Source of the DNA: Syntrophales bacterium
Lineage (GTDB): Bacteria; Desulfobacterota; Syntrophia; Syntrophales; UBA2210
DNA: 64,000 bases
Direction of reading: 5' to 3'
Assembly: GCA_963662405.2 (NCBI GenBank)
Contig: CAXXKT010000001.1
Location: 2,080,001-2,144,000 of the forward strand
The notes below the pieces were generated by a model, which was not told where the DNA came from, made no database searches, and saw only the letters and a program-made list of their open reading frames with translations. This document shows positions 18,697-29,300 of the stretch, one piece after another. Each line of letters opens with the position of its first letter. The first letter of the stretch is position 1. The position numbers and the translations under genes are program-made.

Positions 18697-19245
18697 ATGA
18701 AAGACTGCTCGAGGATTAAATTTTTTAGCGGCGGACTAAAAGGTGCGGAAAACGCCTTTGGAGAAAATGCGGAGAAGTGGGGGATTCACGAAGAAACGTT
18801 TTCGTTCCCGGGACATATCCTCTCTCGTGAAAAGAATGTGACGATCTTACGGGATGAGGAATTGAGATTGGGTGATGTGAGCATGGAGATTGTTTTCAAA
18901 CGTATGGGGAGACGATATACCCATACCGACACCATCCGAAAGATAATTCAGGTTATTTTCCATATGGTCAATAACGGATTCCAGGTCATAGCGGTGGGTA
19001 CGATTATAGAAGACGGGACCGTTAAAGGCGGAACGGGCTGGGCCGTTGAGCTGGCAAAATTTTTCAACCGCCCGGTGAGTGTTTTCGATCAGGAAAGATC
19101 CGGCTGGTATACGTGGAAGAACGGCACCTGGGAAAAGGACACACCCCTCATCAGTTATGAATCATTTTGTGGGACGGGGACGCGCAATCTGACTGAAAAA
19201 GGGCGCAAGGCAATTGATGATCTTTTTGAGCGATCTTTTGCTTGA
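18697..19245 (+). CDS. Hypothetical protein (Gly-rich alpha/beta fold)
   Basis: FSGGLKGAE, VKGGTGWAVE, GTGTR motifs. Confidence 0.75.
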   Translation: MKDCSRIKFFSGGLKGAENAFGENAEKWGIHEETFSFPGHILSREKNVTILRDEELRLGDVSMEIVFKRMGRRYTHTDTIRKIIQVIFHMVNNGFQVIAVGTIIEDGTVKGGTGWAVELAKFFNRPVSVFDQERSGWYTWKNGTWEKDTPLISYESFCGTGTRNLTEKGRKAIDDLFERSFA

Positions 19246-19428
19246 ATACTGATCGCCTGACGCTACGGAGGTTGCTGCTCACTTTGAGAGAGGGTCTCTT
19301 TCTATGTGATGGCTGAGGGACGCGCTCGATGTTACAGAGTGCCCAACGGGGCACTACTCCCGACTCATGCTGGTTGGACTTGCTGACTTGGGTATACCGG
19401 CGATTCGCTGTCGATAGAGAGGGGAACC

Positions 19429-20109
19429 ATGAGATCGATTAAAGAGAACAATTCCGATATGGGGCCTGAAACGTACAAAGTTCCGATTCCAGTTACCCGC
19501 CAAGAGGCCTTTGTCAACGGCGTGTATGCTTCTGTGGACGAAGCGAGTGCTTGTGAACAGGATCGACTGAGAAGCGAGGAGGGAATTATCCCAACCTGTA
19601 AGATGGGGTGCTGTTACTGTTGCCGATATCATGTCCTTACGAACAGGGTAGAGGCACACACCTTGGCCCAATATGTGAGGCGGGTCCTATCGGACGACCA
19701 GATAGACGGTCTTCGCGAACGAACGCAGCGATGGCATGAATGGGATCATGCCAGGCGGGAGAGATATATGTCACCAGCGGTCGATGAGCAGAGCGATACT
19801 TCCAATGAAGAGTCGTGTCCGTGTCCTCTTTTGGTCGATGGCGCCTGTATCGCCTACCCGGTGAGGCCGGTCGTGTGCCGAACGCATTTTGTCTCTTCAC
19901 CTTCCCGGTTGTGCCGAGCACGTCTCGATCCTAAATCGACGAAGGAGGCTCCGGTGGTGCTTCTGTCCATTGTGACAGCGACACGCCCGGTTTCACGAGC
20001 GATAAGGGATCATATCGAAAAAACAGGAGTGGATTTTTCTCGGTCGCAGATGCTTCTCCCCCAGTGGTTGGCGGTTGAAATGAATTGGGATTTTGCCATA
20101 TCGGTGTGA
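19429..20109 (+). CDS. YkgJ-family cysteine-cluster protein
   Basis: CKMGCCYCC, CPLL...CIAYPVRPVVCR. Confidence 0.85.
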   Translation: MRSIKENNSDMGPETYKVPIPVTRQEAFVNGVYASVDEASACEQDRLRSEEGIIPTCKMGCCYCCRYHVLTNRVEAHTLAQYVRRVLSDDQIDGLRERTQRWHEWDHARRERYMSPAVDEQSDTSNEESCPCPLLVDGACIAYPVRPVVCRTHFVSSPSRLCRARLDPKSTKEAPVVLLSIVTATRPVSRAIRDHIEKTGVDFSRSQMLLPQWLAVEMNWDFAISV

Positions 20110-20260
20110 TCTCTCGTCCCGGTCTCGGCAGGAATGGGATCAACAGGATAATCACCCAAGCGGACGGTCATCACCGTCCGCTTGGGTGTGATTTGATCCA
20201 TGGCCCCTATGCCCTGCCGATACAGTTGCCATAAATTCCAAAAGGGTATACAAGCGCCCC

Positions 20261-22156
20261 ATGCCTCTTGTGACGTTACAGAATATTACCCTCAGCTTCG
20301 GCGGACCGCCCATACTGAAAGACGTCGGCCTTCAGATTGAGCCGGGGGAACGGGTCTGTCTGATCGGCCGCAATGGGGAAGGCAAGTCTTCGCTCATGAG
20401 ACTGATTGTCGGAGATCTCGAACCGGACGGCGGCACCGTGATGCGGCAGAGGGGACTCCGCATCGCCCATATCGCCCAGGATGTGGCGTTGGATATCCAG
20501 GGTTCGGTCTTTGATGTCGTTGCCGGCGGGCTTGGTGAGGCACAGGAACTCCTCAAGCGGTATCATGAGATTTCCGTACGTCTGAGTGCCGGTGGAGACG
20601 ACACGCTGCTGGCGGAGATGGAGTCGGTGCACCATCATCTGGAGATCTCCGGCGGCTGGCAGGCCCAGCAGCGGGTACAGACCGTGATCTCCCGCCTCCA
20701 GCTGGATGCGGAGTCCGACTATGCGCGACTTTCCGGAGGGATGAAGCGGCGGGTCCTGCTGGCTTCGGCACTGGTGAGCGATCCGGATCTGCTCCTCCTC
20801 GATGAGCCGACCAACCATCTCGATATCGATGCCATTACCTGGCTGGAAGAGTTCCTGCTGAGCGCGAACATCTCCCTTCTCTTTGTCACCCATGATCGGA
20901 TGCTCGTCGGAAAGATCGCGACCCGTATCATCGATCTCGACCGGGGGTGTCTGACAAGTTGGCCCGGTGATTATGATACCTATCTGAGGCGGCGGGCCGA
21001 GACCCTCGCGGCCGAGGCGTCCCAGCAGGCCCGTTTCGACAAGAGGCTTGCCCGGGAAGAGATATGGATACGCCGGGGGATTAAGGCCAGGCGGACCAGG
21101 AACGAGGGACGGGTACGGGAACTGGCGAAAATGCGTGAGGAACGCGAGGCCCGGCGAGGGGTTGTCGGTCGTGCCCACATGCGGATCCAGGATGCGGTCC
21201 CGTCGGGGAAGCTTGTCGCTCAGCTCAAAGGGGTCACCTTCGGCTATGGCGATGCAGTCGTGATCCGGGATCTTTCCACCACGATTCTCCGCGGCGACAG
21301 GGTCGGTATCATCGGGCCGAACGGTTCCGGCAAAACCACCCTGCTCCGGCTGCTCCTTGGCGACCTCGAGCCGCAGCAGGGTACGGTCAGACTCGGTGCC
21401 AACCTTGAGGCCGCCTATTTCGATCAGCACCGCGTCCTGCCGGATGAAGATGATACGGTCGCCCATTACGTGGGAGACGGCAACGATATGCTGACCATCA
21501 ACGGCAGGCCGAAACATATTATCGGATATCTCCAGGATTTTCTCTTTACCCCGGACCGGGCACGGTCTCCGGTCCGTCTCCTCTCCGGCGGCGAGCGAAA
21601 CCGGCTCCTCCTGGCGAAACTGTTTGCCAAGCCGGCCAACATCCTGGTCCTTGACGAACCGACGAACGACCTGGATATCGAGACCCTGGAGCTCCTGGAG
21701 GAACTGCTCTTCGAGTACCGGGGCACGGTCTTTCTCGTCAGTCACGAGCGCGCCTTCCTCAATAATGTCGTTACCTCCACCCTTGTCTTTGAAGAGGAAG
21801 GGATGGTGCGGGAATATGCCGGGGGCTACGATGACTGGCTGATACAGCGACCGATAGAGAGAGCGGAGACTGCATCTGCGCCTGAAAAAAAGGTAAAGAG
21901 AAAACCGCGCCCCGCGGGACCGAGAAAGATATCGTTCAAGGAAGCGCTCGAACTGGAAGGACTGCCGCAGAAGATCGAGGCGATGGAGGTCGAACAGAAA
22001 GAGCTGTATGCCTCCATGGCGGCCCCCTCATTCTACCAGCAGGAAGGCGCGGTCATCCGTCAGGCCACCGCGCGGGTTGAAGAGCTGGAACGGGCCCTGT
22101 CCCTCGCCTACGAGCGATGGGCGGAACTGGAGGCGATCGGCACGAATGGCGCATAA
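20261..22156 (+). CDS. uup: ABC-F family ATPase Uup
   Basis: Two ABC domains, KARRTRNEGRVR linker, C-terminal coiled coil. Confidence 0.92.
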   Translation: MPLVTLQNITLSFGGPPILKDVGLQIEPGERVCLIGRNGEGKSSLMRLIVGDLEPDGGTVMRQRGLRIAHIAQDVALDIQGSVFDVVAGGLGEAQELLKRYHEISVRLSAGGDDTLLAEMESVHHHLEISGGWQAQQRVQTVISRLQLDAESDYARLSGGMKRRVLLASALVSDPDLLLLDEPTNHLDIDAITWLEEFLLSANISLLFVTHDRMLVGKIATRIIDLDRGCLTSWPGDYDTYLRRRAETLAAEASQQARFDKRLAREEIWIRRGIKARRTRNEGRVRELAKMREEREARRGVVGRAHMRIQDAVPSGKLVAQLKGVTFGYGDAVVIRDLSTTILRGDRVGIIGPNGSGKTTLLRLLLGDLEPQQGTVRLGANLEAAYFDQHRVLPDEDDTVAHYVGDGNDMLTINGRPKHIIGYLQDFLFTPDRARSPVRLLSGGERNRLLLAKLFAKPANILVLDEPTNDLDIETLELLEELLFEYRGTVFLVSHERAFLNNVVTSTLVFEEEGMVREYAGGYDDWLIQRPIERAETASAPEKKVKRKPRPAGPRKISFKEALELEGLPQKIEAMEVEQKELYASMAAPSFYQQEGAVIRQATARVEELERALSLAYERWAELEAIGTNGA

Positions 22157-22260
22157 TTTTGTTCGAATGGTTGTGCCGTCGTGTACATCGGCAATGACAG
22201 GCGCCGTTTATTGCGAATCACGGCCGGCGATCGCCGGATCGAATCAGGGAGGATTGTGAG

Positions 22261-22728
22261 GTGCTGCACATCTTTGTCGATGCCGACGCGTGTCCGGTCA
22301 AGGAGGAGGTGTACCGCGTGGCCGACCGGTACGGTCTCGCTGTTACACTGGTGGCAAACTCGCGGATGCGGATTCCCCGTGGGCGGCGGATCTCGCTCGA
22401 GGTAGTGGAGGATAAACTCGACGCGGCCGATGACTGGATTGCCGAACACGTTCAGGCTGACGATATCGTGATCACCGCCGATATCCCCCTGGCGAGTCGC
22501 TGCCTGAAGAAAGGGGCGCATGTGATCGGCACAACCGGGAAGCCCTTCACGGAAGAAAATATCGGTCACGCCGTGGCGACCCGGGACCTCTTGTCGGGAC
22601 TCCGCGAGACAGGGGATATAACGGGTGGTCCTCCGCCGCTGCGGAGACGTGATCGGTCGCGGTTTCTCCAGCAGCTCGACGAGACGATCCAGTCAATCCG
22701 TCGCAGGCAGGCGTCCTATTCCGCCTGA
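22261..22728 (+). CDS. YaiI/YqxD (UPF0178) family protein
   Basis: IFVDADACPVK, ITADIPLA. Confidence 0.92.
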   Translation: MLHIFVDADACPVKEEVYRVADRYGLAVTLVANSRMRIPRGRRISLEVVEDKLDAADDWIAEHVQADDIVITADIPLASRCLKKGAHVIGTTGKPFTEENIGHAVATRDLLSGLRETGDITGGPPPLRRRDRSRFLQQLDETIQSIRRRQASYSA

Positions 22729-23008
22729 TGATGCCGATCTGCCCCGGTTTCACTGTAAGGGCCCCTCTCTCATGGTGACCAATCTTACACCGGAAAGAAG
22801 ACGGAAAAGCCTGTTTCTGGAGCTATCCCGTATTGCCCTGATACAAAACGGAAAAGAGAAAAAGATGCCACCTGGCGTGACCTGCCCCTGCAAACCGGAA
22901 AAGAATTCCGGCCGACCGATCAACACCGGTCCGGCCTCTTATGCTGAACTCTCATAATACATCTATAATAATAGTGAGTTATAAAAGAATCTCATTGCAA
23001 TCTCCCCC

Positions 23009-23023
23009 TGGCACGGTTCCTGC
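23009..23023 (+). promoter_or_regulatory. sigma54 -24/-12 promoter
   Basis: TGGCACGGTTCCTGC (GG-N10-GC), 45 nt upstream of motA. Confidence 0.65.
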
Positions 23024-23068
23024 CAATGAAAAACACTGAAAAGGAAATATTCTCTTGGGAGGCGTCTG

Positions 23069-23878
23069 ATGATCGTTCAGGTGATAGTGTCGTTCGGGTT
23101 GTTGCTCGGTATTTTTACCGTGGCCTTTCACATAGACGTCAAGACCCTGGGCCTGATGGCCAACATCAACGCCCTCATGATCGTCATCGGTGGCACCATC
23201 GCGGCATCGCTCCTGGCATATCCCGTTTCCAGGATTGTGCAGGCCGCCCAATACGTCATCCGGGCGTTTCGAAGCGAAGATGAACTGGGATGGACGATCA
23301 AGACACTCGTTAGGATGGCACGGGAAGCACGGAAAAAGGGTCTGCTGGCGCTCGATAAAGAAGAAAAGTCCCTTCACGACGAATTGATCAAGAGCGGCAT
23401 TGGTTTGATCTCATACCAGTTTGATCGGGAAAACATCGAACAGACCATGCGCCGGGAATCTCTTCTCGTATACAGCCGGTATGAAACCGCCTACAAGATT
23501 ATATACAGTATGGCCAGGGTCGCGCCGGCTATGGGGCTTGCGGGAACCGTTGTGAACCTGATCCGCATGTTCAGCCAGATCACCAATCCGCAACATCTCA
23601 TCGGTTTCATGGCAATCGCCCTGCTCAGCACCCTCTACGGGGTCATTCTTGCCAACCTGTGTTTTATGCCGCTGTGCAACAAACTCAGGGAATTCATGGA
23701 TCAGGACCTTCTGCGGATGGAAATCATCGAAGAAGGGATCCTGGATATCTACGACCAGGAACATCCCCGCGCCATGGAGTTTAAGCTGGAGAGGATAGCC
23801 GGAATCAGGACGGAACTCCTGCCGCCGGTCATCACCGCCCCGCAACCCCAGGTCCGCGTCGCGGGTCTCAATGGGTGA
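23069..23878 (+). CDS. motA: MotA/PomA-like stator subunit
   Basis: IVIGGT, RKKGLLALD, APAMGLAGT, ALLSTLYG. Confidence 0.85.
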   Translation: MIVQVIVSFGLLLGIFTVAFHIDVKTLGLMANINALMIVIGGTIAASLLAYPVSRIVQAAQYVIRAFRSEDELGWTIKTLVRMAREARKKGLLALDKEEKSLHDELIKSGIGLISYQFDRENIEQTMRRESLLVYSRYETAYKIIYSMARVAPAMGLAGTVVNLIRMFSQITNPQHLIGFMAIALLSTLYGVILANLCFMPLCNKLREFMDQDLLRMEIIEEGILDIYDQEHPRAMEFKLERIAGIRTELLPPVITAPQPQVRVAGLNG

Positions 23879-23884
23879 CGAGTC

Positions 23885-24628
23885 ATGCCGAAGCTTCCGC
23901 CGTCATACACGAATCTGTGTCTTCAAAAGGTCAACACACCGCTGCGCCGTCAAAAACAACAGCAGGAACAGGAAGGCTCCAATGAAATCTGGCTGTTGAC
24001 CATGAGTGACTTGATGATGCTGTTGATGATCTTCTTTATCCTCTTTTTTACCGTTTCCTACGCGCAACACGTCAACTCAGAACCGCCGCCGGTGACAATA
24101 AAGCCCCGGTTTGTTGAAACCACCGTCCAGGTCGTAGCACCCATTGTCCCCAAGGTTGCCGAACAGAAAAAGGCAATTTCCGAAATGGAGGCCGATCTGC
24201 AAAATACTGTGGAAGCAATGCCGGAACGGCAGGGTGTCCTCCTGGAGCGGCGGTTGAATCACGTGATCATGACCTTTCCCGAACAGATCATGTTCGACTC
24301 GGGCCGGTCCGAGCTGAAACGGTCGTCTCAAACCGTCCTGCAAACCGTCGCAGATTTCATCGATCAGCACCCCGGGCTGCTCCTGGAAATCCAGGGCCAC
24401 ACCGACAACCGTCCGATCAACACGAGTCGCTACCCTTCCAACTGGGAGCTTTCCGCGGACCGTGCCACCCGGGTAGCACGCGCGCTGGTGGCGCTGGGCG
24501 TCCGCCCTTTTCGGATTACCGCCAAGGGCTTCGGTGAATACCATCCCGTCGCTTCGAATAAGAGTGAAAAGGGACGTCTGAAAAATCGCCGTGTGGAAAT
24601 CCAGTTCTCCCTTCAACCATCCGCGTAG
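23885..24628 (+). CDS. motB: MotB/PomB-like stator subunit (OmpA domain)
   Basis: WLLTMSDLMMLL TM with conserved Asp; GHTD, NWELSADRA, NRRVEI. Confidence 0.88.
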   Translation: MPKLPPSYTNLCLQKVNTPLRRQKQQQEQEGSNEIWLLTMSDLMMLLMIFFILFFTVSYAQHVNSEPPPVTIKPRFVETTVQVVAPIVPKVAEQKKAISEMEADLQNTVEAMPERQGVLLERRLNHVIMTFPEQIMFDSGRSELKRSSQTVLQTVADFIDQHPGLLLEIQGHTDNRPINTSRYPSNWELSADRATRVARALVALGVRPFRITAKGFGEYHPVASNKSEKGRLKNRRVEIQFSLQPSA

Positions 24629-24976
24629 GTGTGGTTCGCGGCCCACGCGGGGAGATGTTATCTCTCGCACGTGGCACGGGTTTTCCCGTCTCGATCCATG
24701 GCGGCGGATGCCGCTGCCACTCCGATACAAACCTTGAGTTTTCCCGCAATGGAAGTGTTCGGTCCTTGTTACTCTGCCGGCAGGTGATGAATCCCAGGCT
24801 TCATGACCCCGTGCCCACCGACACGAGGGAACGGTGATCTGATTATACGACCCCGCTTCACATACCGTGACGGAGTTTCTGCGTTTGGTGGGTTACAGAG
24901 TATTGGGGGTTTCTTGTGGAAGAGAGGGTGGGGAAGAAAAATTAATTGGGCGCTGTCCCCAATAAAACCGTTTTTG

Positions 24977-25444
24977 TCACAGAGGCCTCGCCGATTCTCC
25001 GGGGACCTCTCTGAAAAACCCTCTGAAGGAACTCGTGAAGGGATGGAGGTGCCGTTTCAGCCGTTCAAGGATGTCCATCCGCGAGTGAGTGCCCTGCCGC
25101 TCGGTTCCTTCAGCGGGGGAATACGAGGCCTGGTAATCGTATGACGTGAGAATCGAGTAGATCCATTCATTCCGTTCCCGGACAAAGTGTTTCAGTGTCT
25201 GATACGCCTCGTTGATCTGCTGGCATTCCTTCGTTTTCAACCGGACCATGGAATCGGAAGCCGCCCCGAGACGGTCGGGATGATTTTTAAAGATCCTTGC
25301 CTTATAGGCGCGTCTCAGGAGATCGGTATTCAGGTTTCTCAGGAAATCATCATTGATTTCAGAAAACCGCTTTTCAGGGAAGAGACATCGGCAGCTTTTT
25401 TTCAGTTCGTGCAGTTCGTGAAATGAAAGTTCGGGAAAGGGCAT
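24977..25444 (-). CDS. J-domain protein
   Basis: LRRAYK...HPDR...INEAYQTL. Confidence 0.75.
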   Translation of the reverse strand: MPFPELSFHELHELKKSCRCLFPEKRFSEINDDFLRNLNTDLLRRAYKARIFKNHPDRLGAASDSMVRLKTKECQQINEAYQTLKHFVRERNEWIYSILTSYDYQASYSPAEGTERQGTHSRMDILERLKRHLHPFTSSFRGFFREVPGESARPL

Positions 25445-25459
25445 CGCTTCATATACCTC

Positions 25460-25705
25460 TCAGTTTGTAGTGTGAGCGCTGTCAAGGATATCTTTAATCT
25501 GGAGCAGGGAGTACCCGGTCTCTTTCAATTCTTTTATCTTTTCCAGTCGATTGAACACGTCTTCATCATACAGCCGATGACCCGACTCGGTGCGTTCGGT
25601 CTCCCTGATCAGACGCATCTGCGTATAGTTGTGGACGGTCTGCCGTGAGATTTCCCCATATTTCATGACCTCCCAGACCTTGAAAAGCTTTCTGTATGTT
25701 GCCAT
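25460..25705 (-). CDS. Short MerR-family HTH regulator
   Basis: ISRQTVHNY, RTESGHRLY, GYSLLQIK. Confidence 0.85.
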   Translation of the reverse strand: MATYRKLFKVWEVMKYGEISRQTVHNYTQMRLIRETERTESGHRLYDEDVFNRLEKIKELKETGYSLLQIKDILDSAHTTN

Positions 25706-25758
25706 GGGCTTTTCTCTCCCGCACGCATCAATCAAACACAATGTATATTATATGTTGC

Positions 25759-25788
25759 AATATATAAAATATATTTTACATATTGTCA
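25759..25788 (-). promoter_or_regulatory. Promoter with a palindromic spacer upstream of the MerR gene
   Basis: TTGACA-19 nt-TATATT overlapping the near-palindrome ATATGTAAAATATATTTTATATAT. Confidence 0.5.
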
Positions 25789-26177
25789 AGCAGTATAACG
25801 GTACTTTGCGCATACCTGAAAAAGGATCTGATAGTCTTTATGCTCCGCAGAGCATGACAGATGCCACGACGGCCTGGTCGGAAATGACTGCAGCGTACAT
25901 ATCTTTGACAACAATCTTTGATAAAAGTCTTGATTTTTGATGCGATACAGGTATTATCGGCTCGGAAGTGCGGGGTCCCCGCAACAGCTAATCGTGAATC
26001 AGTAGCAGTATCCCTATACGATCCGGCATGAGGAGTATGCTGTCAACAGCATGCCATGGTGGATGTATCCCTCGCGGGCACATGTATCATCTGAGGGAAA
26101 TGACCGTATCCGCCTCCCGTAAGACGATTGTTTATTGAAAAATAGGGTGTTTCAGAAACGAAGAGGTAAATCTTACA

Positions 26178-27134
26178 ATGCCCGCACGGATACCGGCACG
26201 TCACCCCATATTGAGGGGAGAGACGGTGAAAGGGTGGATCCAGCTGTCACGTCCCCCCTTTCATCTGGTGGGTCTCCTGCCGTTCATACTGGGGACGGTC
26301 ATGGCATGGCGGCTGTACGGGATCTTCAATGTTCCTGTCCTTATCTGGAGTATTCTGGCAGTTGTCCTGACCATGCTTTCAACCTACTACAGCGGAGAGT
26401 ATCACGACCTCGCGGTGGATACGCTTTCGGCCGGCATGGAGCGCAACGCCTTCTCCGGCGGGAGTCAGGTGATCGTACGGAACTTGCTGCCCCACAGGCA
26501 GGCCCGGTATGCCGGCTATGTAATGCTGCTCTTGGCGGGAGTGGTCGGGGTCGTTCTCCAATTCTATTACGATACCGGATTATGGACCATCCCTCTCGGC
26601 GTGACCGGTATGATCGCCGGATTCTTCTATTCCACTCCGCCGCTCCGCTGGGTGAAGAGAGGCGTCGGAGAACTGATCATCGGTTATTGTTACGGATGGC
26701 TTCCCGTGGCAACGGCATTTTATCTGCAGGTCGGCAGGATTGATGATATCGTGCACTGGGTCGCGATCCCCATTGCCTGTACGATCTTCAACGTGATTCT
26801 CATCAACGAGTTTCCCGATTATCCCGCCGATCTGATCGAAGGGAAGAGGAACCTGGTTGTCAGGCTGGGAAAGAGTACCTCGGCATATCTGTATATCGCA
26901 ATGCATGTCACCGCCTGGATCGCATTCGGGCTTTCGGTGAATCAGGGCGTGCCCGGAGTGGCGATTCTCCTTTACCTCCCTGTTTTTTTCGTTAGTCTTA
27001 TGCTCGTTGTTCTGGTATGGAGGTGCGGGTATCTCGACAGAAAACGACTGGCGTTGATTTGCGGACTGACCATATTCGTTAATCTCGGCACTTCTCTCTC
27101 ATACACCATAGCTGTCTGGCTGGAAAGCGTTTGA
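26178..27134 (+). CDS. UbiA/MenA-family prenyltransferase (start may be GTG 26226)
   Basis: EYHDLAVD, YSTPPLR, NEFPDYPAD..GKR; multiple TM helices. Confidence 0.88.
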   Translation: MPARIPARHPILRGETVKGWIQLSRPPFHLVGLLPFILGTVMAWRLYGIFNVPVLIWSILAVVLTMLSTYYSGEYHDLAVDTLSAGMERNAFSGGSQVIVRNLLPHRQARYAGYVMLLLAGVVGVVLQFYYDTGLWTIPLGVTGMIAGFFYSTPPLRWVKRGVGELIIGYCYGWLPVATAFYLQVGRIDDIVHWVAIPIACTIFNVILINEFPDYPADLIEGKRNLVVRLGKSTSAYLYIAMHVTAWIAFGLSVNQGVPGVAILLYLPVFFVSLMLVVLVWRCGYLDRKRLALICGLTIFVNLGTSLSYTIAVWLESV

Positions 27135-27143
27135 TCTCTCGTC

Positions 27144-28370
27144 ATGCATAAACCCCTTATCTGCGAAGTTCCTTTACGTTCCATGTGTGTCCCGCCGACC
27201 CTGATTGTAAAGCAGTTGACAAGCGTGCTCTATTTCGGGAGCCTGGTGGGGTGGAAGAAGTTCCCCAACTGGTTTTTCAAACACGGGTTCAGGTCGTTAC
27301 CGGTGGCAGCGGGCGCCATCGGTATGGGGTGCATCGGGTTCCCGGCGCATCCGGCCTGGGAAGTGACTTCGGCCTGCAATCTCCGGTGCATCCATTGCCA
27401 CGCATCGAGCAGTAAACCGGCGCCGGATGAGCTGACAACCGATGAGGCAAAACGGGTCATTGACGGCCTGGCCGGTATCGATGAATTCCGGATGCTTGTT
27501 TATACAGGGGGAGAACCCCTCGTTCGCCCCGATCTGATCGAGCTGTTGCACCATTCCAAGAAGGCCGGCCTGGCCAATGTCATCGCGACAAACGGAACGC
27601 TCATTACCGAAGAGGTGGCCTTCAAACTTCGGGAGGCCGGCGTCGTGGGCGTGGCGATCAGTCTCGATTCCTCTCAGCGGGAGGTTCATAATTACATCCG
27701 CCGAAACGATAGGGCATTTGACCTTGCCCTGCGGGGGATCCATTCCGTGAAGAAGGCCGGGATCCTCCTGCAGATCAACGTCACGGCCATGGACTACAAC
27801 TTCTCCACACTCGATGAACTGATCGGGATAGCCGATGGAGAGGGGTCGGGGATCATGCTCATGTATCAGTTGGTCCCCGTCGGGAGGGGGAGTGCCATCG
27901 AAGAGGCATCCCTGGGTGTGAACGAAAACGAGAAACTGCTCAAATCCCTGGCCGTCAAGCAGAGAGATGTTTCAACCATCATCGAGCCGGTAGCCGGCCC
28001 GCAATACTGGCCGTATCTGATGGAACAACGGGGTCGGTCCGACGGGATCTGGCTCAAACTTGCCGAACAGGTATTCCACGGCTGTTCGGCGGGGCGCGGT
28101 TTTGTGTATATCAAGCCGAACGGAGATGTCTGGCCCTGTCCCTTTGTTGAGGTGAACGCCGGGAATGTCAGGGAATTGCCCTTCGAAACCATCTGGCGGG
28201 AAAGCGAGGTCTTCACCAATTTGAGAAATCGGGAGAATACCCTCAAAGGCGCGTGCGGTGAGTGCAAGTATCGGACGATATGCGGTGGGTGCCGGGGACG
28301 CGCTGTCAGCTATCATGGAGATTATCTGGCAGAAGATCCTTCCTGTTTTCTCCATCCCGGCAATAAATAA
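27144..28370 (+). CDS. Radical SAM / SPASM protein (NirJ/Ahb-like)
   Basis: CNLRCIHC, TGGEP, GCSAG...PCP...CGEC....CGGC. Confidence 0.92.
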   Translation: MHKPLICEVPLRSMCVPPTLIVKQLTSVLYFGSLVGWKKFPNWFFKHGFRSLPVAAGAIGMGCIGFPAHPAWEVTSACNLRCIHCHASSSKPAPDELTTDEAKRVIDGLAGIDEFRMLVYTGGEPLVRPDLIELLHHSKKAGLANVIATNGTLITEEVAFKLREAGVVGVAISLDSSQREVHNYIRRNDRAFDLALRGIHSVKKAGILLQINVTAMDYNFSTLDELIGIADGEGSGIMLMYQLVPVGRGSAIEEASLGVNENEKLLKSLAVKQRDVSTIIEPVAGPQYWPYLMEQRGRSDGIWLKLAEQVFHGCSAGRGFVYIKPNGDVWPCPFVEVNAGNVRELPFETIWRESEVFTNLRNRENTLKGACGECKYRTICGGCRGRAVSYHGDYLAEDPSCFLHPGNK

Positions 28371-28529
28371 GAACGGGATGTCCCTTATGCACTAGTTGGG
28401 TGTTGAACCGGCCTCAGCCGATTCAGTCTCAGTCGGTGTACAACAATTCCAGGATTCACGGGTTTTCGTGTCGGGTCGCTTGATGTATGATAATCAGTAG
28501 AACTTATCGTACATGAACCAGGCGGAGAT

Positions 28530-29300
28530 ATGATGAAAGACTGTATGCACCAGTTGTTTCGGTGGCGGTTTTCACGCAGGACGGTGGTGGCTTTCGTTGC
28601 GGGCTTTGGTATTATCGGCCTGTCGGTGGCGATGCGGCCCTTCTCCACCCATTGGCACTGGGTCGGTATTGCGATTCGGGATATCGGTCAGATCTTTCTT
28701 GTCGGGACTCTTTTCCCCCTCGCATATATCGCGCGGTCCCGCAAAGGATGGGCCGGATTTGGTTTCACTTTCAGAAAGTGGCCGCTTTTCCTCGCGATCG
28801 ACCTTGTCCTTGGCATATTGCTGTTCTGGATGTTTTCGCTCGAGAGTCCACCTCCGGAGGGTTTTCACCTCGACGCGCCGATGGTATGGTCGGCGGCGTA
28901 TATCACGCTGGCGTTGTGTTTCGAGGTGGTCTTTTTTTACGCCTTTCTGAGGACCCTCTTTGAAGAGGCCTTCGGCATCGTCCCGGCGATCATCCTGACC
29001 GCCCTTTTCTATGCCTTCCATCATATCGGGTTTCAACCGGAATACGGAAAACTGCTTTTCGTCGGTCTCCTGTACGCCGCCGTGTATCGGCTCGGAAACA
29101 GCGTTTTTCTGATCTTCCCGTTTTTCCTCGGAGTAGGGGGGCTGTACGATGTCCTGATCCAATCCCAGGTGGTTTCGCCCCTCATGCACCCGGAGGTCCG
29201 CGCGGTGTGCCTGACAGTGGCGTTTCTGGTGGTGGTTGTTGTGGGGTTCCGACAGAAGGTGCAGGCAGATAAAAAATCGCCCCCTATTCATTCTCGTTGA
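28530..29300 (+). CDS. CPBP (CAAX protease-like) membrane protein
   Basis: Multi-TM; EVVFFYAFL, FYAFHH; motifs partly degenerate. Confidence 0.7.
   Translation: MMKDCMHQLFRWRFSRRTVVAFVAGFGIIGLSVAMRPFSTHWHWVGIAIRDIGQIFLVGTLFPLAYIARSRKGWAGFGFTFRKWPLFLAIDLVLGILLFWMFSLESPPPEGFHLDAPMVWSAAYITLALCFEVVFFYAFLRTLFEEAFGIVPAIILTALFYAFHHIGFQPEYGKLLFVGLLYAAVYRLGNSVFLIFPFFLGVGGLYDVLIQSQVVSPLMHPEVRAVCLTVAFLVVVVVGFRQKVQADKKSPPIHSR

Noticed and set aside
24672..24686. TGGCACG sigma54-like motif
   Set aside because: No GC at the -12 position and no gene downstream on that strand.
25930..26170. Possible structured leader or riboswitch before the prenyltransferase
   Set aside because: A promoter-like motif and short hairpins are present, but I recognise no aptamer consensus.
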